Source: Dimorphilus gyrociliatus (taxonomy: Eukaryota; Animalia; Annelida). From it: a DNA stretch of 64,000 bases. The notes beneath the pieces are model-generated. The model made no database searches. It was not told where the DNA came from and was given only the letters and a program-made list of their open reading frames with translations. The stretch spans positions 558,001 to 622,000 of the forward strand of contig CAJFCJ010000022.1 of assembly GCA_904063045.1 (NCBI GenBank). The letters run 5' to 3'. Numbering within the stretch: position 1 is the first letter of the stretch; every line of letters begins with the position of its first letter. Position numbers and translations under genes: made by a program. Shown piece by piece: positions 52,601 to 64,000 of this stretch.

Positions 52601-55289
52601 CTTTTATTCTAATTTCTGTATTTCTCTTTTCTTTCTATCTATCCATCTCCTTCTTTTGGCAGGATATTAATTTGCATTGTAATTATTAATTATTGACGAA
52701 TTTGTATTACGTGACTATTAATTAACGGATACGGTATTTTACAGATGCGAAGTTCGTCCCGGTCCAGAATATCTAATGAGGAAGTATACTATATACCATG
52801 GTAACATTTTCACGGCAACCCAATTCTACTACGGCGACGTCTTTTGTACGCATCCTTTATTTAGTATTTCCGCTCAAGGATTCTTAAAAATATCAAAAAA
52901 GCAAATGATCTTAATCCCGGGAGCCTACAAGGGCATTTATCATTTAACCAAGGTCTCCGTTACTCCATTTACCGATGAGGTAGCAAAAAAGCTCTTTGAA
53001 ATTGTTGATAGAACGTGCGACGAGAAGAGATGGCAATACTCAGATTGGCAAAGAGGCAAAACTATTGATATTCAAAGTCATCTAAAATACCATAATGAAA
53101 TTTTGGATTTTGATTGTACTCACTCGTTCGACTTTTCTCTGAACGAATTGCAGCTCGTACGCATAGAAGAAGAGGTCAGAAAGCATAGAGTCTACCGTCG
53201 CCTTATGCTTGGAGAAATTCACACGGATAGGAATCAAAGAATAACTCATAGGCCTAGTGCATTTCAGATTGAACTCGTGCCTTCCGATGTAAGTATTAAC
53301 TTTTCGTACATTTGCATTTATCTTCATAAATTAAAGTATAAAATTCTTTTCGACACTTACAAAATTCTAAATTCGAACCAAATAATCGCGAAAAATAGCA
53401 TCAAAGAACCGCCAAACTCTGGCCTAGGTTTGCTTTGATCAGGCGCGTGCAATGCGATTTAATGATTGCCAGATTTAGCACGCGTTGTTTGTCCTGTTCT
53501 GGTGTTGGTTTAATGCTAATTAACTTGCGATTGATAACGGATTGAGGTTTCCTAGAGCCGTTGGATGTTTTTGTACAGCGTAATTTTCAGGTGTTTGTTT
53601 TCCCCTAACAGACCGGTCCTAGTCAAGATCATTAAATCTTTTATTGATTTTATCTTATTACATCTTCTAATAATAATACCAATAATAATTACATATAAAT
53701 AATCATTGTTTATAAAATTTCAATTGGTGGATAGCGGGGTAAATGGACCATGAATTAGCGTACAAGTTTATATATCTCTTACGAATTCTCTCTCTCTCTC
53801 TCTCTCTCTCATTTTCGATTGCGTGATTCATAAACGAAAGAGTCTGGTTCCGTTTCTTGTTAGTGAGAAATTTTTTTCTTACTTCTTTTTTCTTTTAAAA
53901 AAAAGAAAAAACAAGTAAACGAGGAAGTACCATTGGTATTGTGTTTTTCTATCAAACTCTTTCTCGTATATGCTGGCAATTAACCGTTATAACTGGCCGT
54001 TATAGCTTAGCTTGGATAGGGGATAGAGTATTTAAGATGACCCCCTCCCCGCCTCCCGCCTTCTTTTCCTCAGTATTTGAGGTCGTCGGTACAACGCTTC
54101 GGAATTGCCTAGACTAATTAAAAATAATTTTTTATTTATAAAAAAGACCATTCAAGAGAGTGTCACCTGCCGCTTTTCTTTATTAGAATTCTATTAGACT
54201 AGGAATGATTTAATGGCAATAATAGGAAAGAAAATATGTTTACTACAATATAATTGGTCGGTTGACGCCTCCGACGAAAAAGGGAATAAGGAGAAATATG
54301 CAAAATACATTAAGTGAGAATACTCTCTTTAATCCTTTTACTGTTTTATTCAACACGTGCAAACATTTTACACCAAACATGGTGCCGACATACAATGAAT
54401 CAAACTCTACCTGACCCCTAATGACCCAAGCGAACCGGGCGTGATTTTTATACGAAATCTTTACTTTTTATCTACTGCTTTACCTATCTATCTACCACAA
54501 GTTTTAACTTTAAATTTCTTGCAGACACACAAATGCGGAATTTGTAAAATGATTGCTAAATCAACAACTTTGAATCCTCCGTCCTTGCACTATCATATTA
54601 TCAACACGGAAACTAATATACCATTAAAAGGAGAATGGTTTAGCGAAAGATGCGAATCCATGTCCTCATCTCATTTTTTAACAAGACGAATGATACTCAA
54701 GGATAATCAAAACTGGGAATCTTATTATCACTATTACTCAGATATCCTTTGTAGAGATGCGCTCTATACGATAACGACAAGTGGTACGTGGAAAGATAAT
54801 GGCCCACACAAGCATATGACTGGAACAAGAAACTTGGTTTTTCACGCTAAACAAGCTACACTTAAGGTCGAAGATAAGAGAATTTGTAACAATCTGAATA
54901 GTGTGGCAGCGCCACCTTGCGGAATCCGCGGATCCTGGTTCGTTGGTAAAGAGCAAAAGTTAACCGAATCGAATGGTTGCCCAGCATTAGGTATTGTTCT
55001 ACCGTATACTGTACACGAGATAGCGAGAATAAACCACAATAATCGACAAGTTCAATTGTTGTTTGGGGCTAGAAGAACAGATTTAGCAACGGAAAAGGAG
55101 GCTGATTATTTGCCAACTTCTTTTCAATCCCCTTTGGCCTTTTGCGGTCATTACATTCCCCGAATGGTAGATTCTCCTAATTCAGCGTTAAAAAAGTATA
55201 AATGGAAAGGTTTTGGAGTTGGTTCAACCTTAAAAATATCGTTTTCGATATTGACAATTTCCATCCTATTTTCAATTATAAACTTGTAA
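49655..55289 (+). CDS. APCDD1: APCDD1 (Wnt/BMP inhibitor) homolog
   Basis: Exons 49655-49685, 51003-51129, 52744-53288 and 54525-55289 splice in frame. They give signal peptide MDFMRLVLFLVCFFTAPLTA, then GEWTSD|RCEVRPGPEYLMRKY and a second repeat GEWFSERCE...FLTRR, typical of the two APCDD1 domains. Confidence 0.9.
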
Positions 55290-56958
55290 AAACAAAGCGA
55301 AAAAAAAAACAAATTACAACAACAAATCAACAAATAAATATATAAATAAACAAACAAACAATTAATCAATCAATCATCAGTCAATCGAATGATTTAACAG
55401 AAGAAAACTTAACTTAAAGACTATAAAAGAAGAAGAAAAAGGAAAAAATAGCACCTTGTCTCAATTTTTTGTGTGTGTTGTTTGATATACTTTTTGCTAT
55501 TAATAGTTGTTTAGAACAAAGATAAAACAAACTAAAAGAATTCTCTTCTCTTTATTATCTTTCATCCTAATTTTGTCTTAACTTTAATTTACATTAGCCT
55601 CTCTCTCTCTATCTCTCTCTTTCTTTCCTTCCTTCTCTGCTTTCCATCTTTCAATGGTACTCTCAAGTAATCTATAGTTGAATATTGTTACAATCTATCA
55701 ACTTAATTAATCTAATCAATTAATTAATTACACACTTCTCTTTGCCACTCTAAACGATCTTAACTAAGCACGGGGAAGGCTTTGTTTGGGATAGAGGTTT
55801 GGTGGGTTTTTCTCCATTTAAAAAATAAACTGACAACAGATGGCGCAAAAAATATACGTTAATATTTTCCTCTTGTAAGGATCAGAAAGTAAGACGTTTG
55901 CAGTGATAGAGCGTGATTTATCGAAAAAACTCTCTTATAACGTCATTAAGCAGATAGTTGTTCGATAATGTAAATATTTCAAGCCTATGAACGGAAAACG
56001 ATAGCACGCAGTCAGATCAAGAGCGCCCATATTCCTGTATTAATGCAATTTCTTGATAAATGGAGTCTTTAATCACCTTTAGTCTGTACGGTGTGAAAGA
56101 GTAAAATACTCACCCCGCAAGAATATTCTATATATTCAATAGAAAGAAAAATATCTTTGATATGCTTTCAAAAAGCACCTCATAGACCTCTGAAAGTATT
56201 CTCTTCCTCATTTCTCTAAGTAGAAGGGCGAATCTTTATACATTTCACAACCAAACAAAACTAAAAGTTACTAATAAAAAGAAGAGTGAAATTACCATTC
56301 ATTCTTTGATTATTACAGTTTTATTTCCATTTTTAGATAGGAAGAGTAGGGAAGGGAGGGGAATACGAAGAAGAGAAGACTCGTGTAAATAAGAAGTAAT
56401 GAGAATGGAAACAATTTCTTTTTAACTAGTTAAAATTTGGTGAAAAGTAGAAGAGAAAGGAAAGAGATAAGAAAGTATTGTATAAGAAATTGCCTATATA
56501 TAATATTTATTATCCTCTCTTCTTCTTGTTTATTTTCTTTTATCTATATCTAAATAAAATAAAAAATATAAAAAAAAGGTGCTTGGATTTTCTTTTTACT
56601 TATTTATTGTAATTAATTCATTTTCTTATCTCTCTCTCTCTTTTTCTTTCTATCTCCATCACTCTCTACAACATTACATTTCATTTATTAAGTGTAATTC
56701 GTCTACTTTCTTGACCTTTCCCTTGTTTAAATGCAGAAATGTAATGTTCACTTCAGATGAGGAAGGAAGCTAAATTTAAACAAATTATGTATTACTTTAG
56801 CGCCACCTGTTACTGAAAACACTCGTTTTTTCTCAGGTTGATAACATTGTGTCTTAGATAATGGTTTGAAATTCGCTCTAAATAGAGATGCATGTATAAA
56901 TAGACTGAACATTATTTTTGCCGATTCATACTTCAATAAAGGAGAGAAAGGGAACAAG

Positions 56959-59559
56959 ATGAAAATTGTTTATTTCATTAGTTTTGCCCTTTTCGCTGCT
57001 GTTTACTCAACAGTGGATGAGAACTTGGCAAGGTATGAACATTATTTCATTCCAATTTCCCTTCCCTTAAAGATTCATATTATTCAATACAAAATTAACT
57101 AAAAAGCCTATTAATAGAAATTATGCTTGCGTAACTTTTGTAACGATGTCACTACATTAGTAAAATATATTGAATATTCATAAGATTATACTATACTAGG
57201 CAATTTTAATGAAATTTATGTATTTACATCTTTTTTTGACTGTAGCTTGATTCATTCCATTATTCTGTTTTATAGTTTCAGCTATAATAAACTTTTAATA
57301 TCAGTTTCAAGCATAAAATCTACAATTTTTCACTGTAAAAGGCAATAATATCTATATAATATGCCAAAATGAATCTAGTAGTCTTCCTAAACTTAATGGA
57401 AGCTAAAGAAATCGAAGGATAAAGAGAGTAGAGTTTCTGTTATCTATTTGTGTCCTGTTTTAATTTACGACGCACAAATGCTATAAATGAATAATTTACT
57501 ATTAAGAAATCTGATAAATCTGATAATGAAAGATCAAATGTGCTAAGAAGAAACTAGCAAAATAAATGGATTGGAGAAAAACAGAAAAGAGACGCCTCAG
57601 CGTCTACTGCCATTATATTTTTTATTTAAATATGACAAAAATATTAACAATAACAATGACAGTAGTAGAATGAAAATAGTCTGTATTGGTCATACTATTT
57701 AATAACGACATGTTATAACTAATAAAGAAGAGCGATATACGGGCAAAAGTTTTGCATCAGATGTTTAAAACTCATTTAGCCCATTAAAAAGTATTAAGAG
57801 TCAGGCACGCTTTTGTTTACCTCCAAATTACCTTAATAGGCCAACAGAAAATAGCGTACTGTCATAACTGATACTCTTCAATTTCTTTCTTAGTCATCAC
57901 ATTCTGAAAATTATTCCATCTTCGGAAGATCATCTTCATTTTCTACGCCAATTAAAGGATGAGGCTGACTTTTGGAATGATGTTGGAAAAGTTGGACAAC
58001 CAGTTCTCCTTCATGTCAATCCCGAAAATGAAAAAATTCTTTCAGAAATGCTAACACAGATGGAAGTTCCTTTTTCCATTGACGAAGAAACTGTAGAAAT
58101 GAAGCTCAAATCCTTTTTTAAGAGTCATCACGCTTCTAGAACTACCGAAAATGTGAAGGATTACGATTTTGATAGATATTTAGAATACGACGAGGTTTGA
58201 ATACAAATTGATCATAATTAGAAAAGTATATACTTATACTCTGTAACAAATAATTCAACAGATTGAACAGTGGTTGGTCAACACTGTGGCAAAATGTACT
58301 AATAATCTGGCTTGTAGCCTTGTCAATATTGGAAAAACTTACGAAAATAGAGATATGTGGGTTTTAAAAGTCAGTATATTTATCGCTGATACTCTTATAA
58401 TAGATAATCATTCTTCTACCGTCGTCCTTTTCGTAATTCTAGGTAGGAAAGACTGTTCCAAATGAGAAAAAGATATGGATTGATGGTGGAATTCATGCTA
58501 GAGAATGGGTTGCCCCTTCAACCGTTATATATACTATTAATGAGTTAATTGATGGTTACTTGAATAATGATCAAGACACTTTAAAGATATTTGAAAAATA
58601 TGACTTTTACTTTCTACCCGTTGTTAATCCTGACGGTTACGTTCACTCTCATTCATCGGTTGGTATTTTTAGAAATTGATGGTCTACAAGTTTTAGCATA
58701 TAATATACATATATACAATACAATGTATATAGTGGAATGTTTCGTCGTTTATACTTATTAGTTTATTTAATAATTTTAGCCGCTGGAGCGTTTATGGAGA
58801 AAAAATCGGAAACCTATTGCAGGTTCCACTTGCGTTGGAGTTGATCTTAACCGAAATTTTAACCACATGTGGGGTAAGTAACAAATTGAGCCCCTCTTTC
58901 TCATTTCTAAATCGTTCATTAATCATGTTTAAAGGAGAATTTGGCTGCTCTCTGAATCCTTGCAGTCAAACCTTTTGTGGCACGGGACCACTATCAGAAA
59001 TTGAAGCCAAAAATTTGAATGATTATATAATGGGATTAGGCGGTGGAAGTATTTTTGATGTATTCATTACCATGCATTCCTATAGCCAGTTATGGATGAG
59101 TCCTTGGGGATATACAGTTGACATACCAGAAGATCACGACGACTTGGTTAGTATTTTTTCCATTTTCCAGCGAAAAATTTTTTATCTCGTATTGGTAATT
59201 GATTTACAGATCGAAGCGGGAAATATAGCAGCCGCCGCCCTCTTTGATGTTCATGGAACAGTATATACAGTTGGACCAGCATCGCACATCTTATGTAAGT
59301 TTTAGTATCAAAGTTGATACCATTGTAGTTGTTGTATAAACGTACGATAAACATCCTAGATACATCAAGTGGTACTTCGCGTGATTGGGCAAAGGGTATA
59401 CCAAAAATAAAATACGTCTACACAATAGAACTCAGAGATAGGGGAACCCACGGATTTCTCCTTCCCCCAGAGCAAATCCTTCCAACAGGTGAAGAAACTT
59501 GGGCTGGTTTGAAAGCTATGTTCTTGCATATCATTGAAAAACAAGGAAATAAGAGTTAA
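56959..59559 (+). CDS. M14A metallocarboxypeptidase with Arg at the specificity position (CPO-like)
   Basis: Signal exon 56959-57031, pro-domain exon about 57895-58194, [46 protein letters not shown]. Confidence 0.93.
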
Positions 59560-59676
59560 ATTTGTAAAAAAAAAAAAAATACACAAAGAAACGAAATTTA
59601 CGTTTTTCGAGTCAAGTTGAATGTTGTAAAAATGAAAACAAGAAAAAAAACACAATCAAACAAGTCAGATAATACC

Positions 59677-59680
<4 letters not shown>

Positions 59681-59712
<32 letters not shown>
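59681..59712. repeat. (CT)16 microsatellite
   Basis: Direct reading; it lies downstream of the CPO-like gene. Confidence 0.9.
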
Positions 59713-59714
<2 letters not shown>

Positions 59715-61728
59715 CGCCCACTCCTCCCTGTTCGCTCCCTCCCCCTCCCTTCAAAAAGCAAAATATTCCCATATACGTTTAAATACATACCAAGTGAATA
59801 TTTTTGTTGTTTAACTTATAAATAAATAAATAAATAGAAAAATAAATAAATAACAAAGCAAGCAAATGCCATCAATTAAAGTTGGATTGGTAACTGCTCT
59901 AATTGTTCAACAGTTTATTGTAGGATGCATTCATTGGTTCATTTCAGTAGGAAAAGTTTAGCAGAACAAATGATGAGTCAGCAGAATCATATATGAAATG
60001 TATAATGTAAATAATTATAATTCCAGACAGTCTTATCCTTTGAATTAAGTATTGTTAAATTAAGGAAATGAAAATCGGAGAGAAAGAGAAGAGAATGAAA
60101 TGAATGAAGGAGGCAAAGAGTTTTCCACTAGAGTCGCATGAAAGAAAATACAACAGAAAGGATGAAAAGAATATTTGTAATGTAGAGTATATAAATAAGT
60201 CGTAAAGTTTCGTCTCCTAATTACTTTGCCAGGCGGTGAAAGTTTCGTCTTGGGTGCCAACATTTGTGGTTAGACGAGCTCAGTGAAAAGTTTGTTAAAT
60301 CGTTCAAATTGAATTGGTAACGTTTCGAAAACGTTTCTGCACATCAATTACGTAATTTACTTGGCGATAAGTTAAAAATGATGTTGGCAAAATAGGAAAA
60401 CAGTCTGTAAAAAGAATAGATGTAAAAAACAGTTTTAATTTTCCCCTCTACTCAGACAATAAACGTTGAATAGATTACAAACAATTCTAATTGAATTAGA
60501 ACAGTATTTTAGCCAATTCCATATTTTTTATTATATAATATTGCAGTATTACAGTAGATTATTTATTTATTTTTTGCAGTCTATTGAAAAATACTATTTA
60601 TATTTAAAAATATATAAAAATTCTTTTTATAAAAAAATCAATCCATCTCTTCCATTTCTCGTTTCTATTATTTTAAATATTTTGGTCACGACTGACACGT
60701 CCGACATTCCGTCACTTTTAATGATATCTATCTCTCTTCCTTCTTCCTATCTATTGCCTACTAGTCCAATTAGCAAATTGTATTTACCTATTGGAAAAAG
60801 AACAGAAAGGTAAATTCTATCGGCTGTATAGCCATTTGTTTCTAATTGACAAAAATGATAGGAAAGAGGCCTGTATGGCGTTAGGTCGGATAGTTGTTTT
60901 TTCTCTTTAGGTAAGCTTTTCGCCAATTGTCTATGTCAGCGGAAAGATAACCGCACTTGACTGACTATGGGATCCTCTCCGTTATTCTGACAATACGTGT
61001 GTTGCCATCTATCCCCCCGAAAAGGAATTAAATATAGACGCTTTAGTTTGAAAAGGTGACAGGAAAGGTAGATATTTTACGCTACAGTTTGAACTATCAT
61101 TAAAGGGCAAGTAAAAAGGGGGGAGGGAAAGGCGTCTGTTTCGTTTAATCATTCAATTTCCTTGATATATCTGATCATTAAAGACATAAAGGATAGTTTT
61201 CTTTCGATAGTCTATTATTATTGTAGCGGAATTGCGCTATTTATAGTGAATTCAACAATAAAAGTGCGATTATGGCTATTTGTACAAAACGACTTTAGCG
61301 AGAATCGCCCTCGTAAAATAGAGATAGGTTAAACTAGAACGAATATAACTGTTTTCTTTTCTTCTCTTATGTTATTACAGCTGTATATATGCCTTATTTA
61401 GCCGTTTATACCTTATGAATATTAATAATATTCATAGTTAATTTGAATATTAATTTGAATGAGAATAACTGAATAAAGTAAATTGAAAAGAGGAAAAGAA
61501 AATTACTGCGAATATAAAAGATAAAGAGAAGTTTTTCGAAAGAAAATAAAGAATAATTTAAACGATATAAGAATGAAAATCAACTGCTCACTAGGCCTAC
61601 CGAAACAATCCATAGCAACTTTATAAACAAATCGATAAGCAGAGAAATGAGAGTATAAGACTAGAACTAATTATTTATCAATTGTTCCCCAACCGATTCC
61701 CTTGTCGTCGTTCAACAGTTAAACAATA

Positions 61729-63505
61729 ATGGAACTAAACGTTTTAGATCGTTTGAAAGAGGATGATGACATTGTTCAAAATTTAAAGGTTAAAACGTTC
61801 AATAAATCAGAAATCCGACTGAAAAAGGAGGTAAATGGAGCTGATAGCATTGGCAATTTATTGTTTTTAGCAACTTCAAACGGGTGCTCTGTTTACAGGT
61901 GAAGTTTTAATTTCTAATTAGATTAACCGATTTAAGATAATCCATAATAAAGTACAGTTGTTGAACATTTTCATTTAATGCAAACTCTGCATTATCCAAT
62001 AATAATCGTATAGGCGTCTGTATTACTTGTATTTATATACTTTTTATATTAATATTCAGACACGTTTCTCTATTTAAATAGTGGAATGAGAATGAGAATG
62101 AATGTAGAATAATAAATTTTCACTTTTTTAGGTATGATAAAGACTCTCTATACGAATTTATAACGTTAGAAAGGGATAAAAAATGCTTGGACGCGATTTG
62201 CTGCACTAATTATCTCGTTATAGTGATAATGGTAATAGATAATAATTGAATAATAATAATAATATCCAACTAATAGATCCATTGAAAATATCAGTACATT
62301 TACATATCTCTGTTTTGCAGCTAAACGAAGCGCTAAGTCTGCAATTTTATAGGATAGAAGATATCTTGAATAAAATTGTTACAAAGTCATATAGCAGCAT
62401 TGAAATTGCTAAGACTGGTCCACTGGCTATAGACGATAAGAACGATAGGGTTTTTATAGGTAAATATTAATTCTTTGACGCATAACAGGTAAAATAAATT
62501 GGATAGTAGAAGAGTAACCGAGTAAATACGTTTTTGTAAATATAAAGTATTACGGCAAAAAGGAATTATTCAACTTTACTTAAAGTAGTTAGTCGAGACA
62601 CGCTTAGAGCAAAGAGGTTAGCGGGTATTCTTTCACTTTTGTGTATTTAGTATAGAAAAAACATTTGTTCGATAGTATCTCATGAATATTCTAATAAACA
62701 CATTTACTTTGGTTTTATTAGATAAGTGGGCAAGGTTTCTTTTATATCTGATTAATTATTGAATAGAAAGTACACGTGTGCGTGTCTGTTTATGCGTCAA
62801 GTTACTCTGATACAATTACTCTACCTCTAATAATTATCCATAGCTGGAACTTTATGGAGCGGCTCGTGGTCTTCTAACGAACGCAATTCGACGTCCAACG
62901 AGTGCTTGGAGAGGCTGGTAAGAGTTTATAGGATTGAAACAATGGAGTTGGAAGAAAAGTTTGAAGCAGTTAAAAATAGAATAAAACTGTTAAGAATCGA
63001 TGGCAATCAAATTGCCATTGCAGATAATTTGCACGGTGTTAGAATATTTTGCACAAATTCGTTAAAGTTATTATACGAAATTGAAGTTGATGAAATAAGA
63101 AATATCATTCTTGTAGGAGATTATTTAGCCGTCTTCCATAAATTCGAATCAAACGTTTCATTATGGAATTCGCAGGAAAAAAAGACTATACTTTGTCTTA
63201 ACATACAAGATCAAGTTAAAGAGCTGCTTGACGACGACGATGCCGATATTCTCCTTGATGAGGATACGGAGACGAGCGTTATAAATTTACCGTACGAGGA
63301 TAGCGGTCTATTACTATACGCTACGAGAACTGGTAACGTTTTCGGAATGATTGTTAATAGTAGATATAAATTATTTAGCATATCGAGTCCATTTTCGGAA
63401 GAAGAAGAGAAATATGGATTAAAAACCTTATGTTACATTCACCCTGGTTTGATTGTGCTTGTCTCCAAGAGTTTAGTTGTACTCGATTTTAATCTCCCAA
63501 AATAA
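61729..63505 (+). CDS. Putative beta-propeller (WD40/YVTN-like) protein
   Basis: Four exons splice in frame (starts 61729, about 62132, about 62321, 62844). Repeated short beta-strand units such as IAIADNLHGVRIF, LAVFHK.ESNVSLWN and LLLYATRTGNVF. No canonical WD signature was confirmed. Confidence 0.5.
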
Positions 63506-63645
63506 AGACAAAAGATAAAGAACAAATAGTTTTTTTTTATAAATCCTTTACAATTATATCCTTTTCTTATTTGATCTGTTTTGTTTGTTGTTTGTTTTTT
63601 GTTTGTTTGTTTGTTTGTTTGTTTATTTCCTTAATTCATTTTATT

Positions 63646-64000
63646 TTAATACTTTTTTATTGAATCTAACAAATTTTGCACCGCAGATTTCCTATGATTC
63701 TCCCAGTTTATTTCAACTTGTAGGTTTGCTTGTAAACGATCGTTGGAAGGATATGGTCTTATTTGCTCCCTTAAATATCTCTTTATGTGCTCGTCCATGT
63801 GCTTTTGAAAAAAGTGACGCCCTATCATAATTAATTCCGCTCCGTTGCTCACCAAAGTTACAGACACCTTGGGGTCGTCTGTCCTTTGTTCATTTTCCAA
63901 TTCAATATTCTCCAAACCCTATTCGACGCAAATTCAAAACATTTGTTTTAACCTTTGTTCACTATTAGTTATTAAAGAATACTAACAAAGGCGTCTCCTG
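63646..64000 (-). CDS. 3' end of a cyclic-nucleotide-binding-domain (CNBD-like) protein; gene continues beyond the window
   Basis: Exon 64000-63987 (GDAF) splices through a 68-nt GT-AG intron to 63918 (GLENI...VSVTLVSNGAELIMIGRHFF). This gives a GDxFG cassette plus terminal strands and a hinge helix like a cNMP fold. Confidence 0.55.

Noticed and set aside
56579-56957. Short ORFs around the CPO-like promoter
   Set aside because: Derived from CT-rich low complexity or overlapping the real first exon; the true start is ATG 56959.
60060-60813. ORFs 60060-60263 and 60466-60813
   Set aside because: AT-rich intergenic or UTR sequence, with biased composition and no domain. A possible upstream non-coding exon of the propeller gene cannot be supported.
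1-64000. Prokaryotic systems (operons, CRISPR, defence islands, IS elements) and autonomous transposons
   Set aside because: All genes are spliceosomal-intron-containing or typical animal genes. No repeat-spacer arrays, transposase or reverse transcriptase ORFs were seen.

Overview
AT-rich, gene-dense eukaryotic (animal) DNA with short GT-AG introns, mostly 60-100 nt. The gene content and compactness suggest a small-genome lophotrochozoan such as the meiofaunal annelid Dimorphilus (inference). There are no prokaryotic features, and the ORF track only shows fragments of spliced genes, so I rebuilt gene models by hand. Left to right: a fucolectin/F5-8-like repeat + PAN protein (5'-truncated); three intronless orphan class A GPCRs; four tandem receptor guanylyl cyclases (rGC1-4); a retinol dehydrogenase; the bHLH gene NSCL/NHLH; a divergent FAM20 kinase; an SLC43 transporter; a CPA-type carboxypeptidase; an 11-exon lysine-rich protein with a C-terminal SH3/Tudor-like barrel; APCDD1; a second carboxypeptidase with a CPO-type Arg; a beta-propeller-like protein; and the 3' end of a cNMP-binding-domain gene. 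Best leads: (1) rGC1 is intact but lacks the catalytic Asn/Arg ([12 protein letters not shown]), like an sGC-alpha half-site subunit, next to three catalytically complete paralogs. (2) A 660-bp perfectly identical exon+intron tract is shared by rGC2 and rGC3, and there are conversion-like tracts between GPCR1 and GPCR2 that spare ECL2. (3) The lysine-rich gene's terminal domain resembles a Ty3/gypsy integrase C-terminal domain. (4) GGCGTC motifs cluster around NHLH. (5) CTCF-like motifs recur in non-coding DNA.
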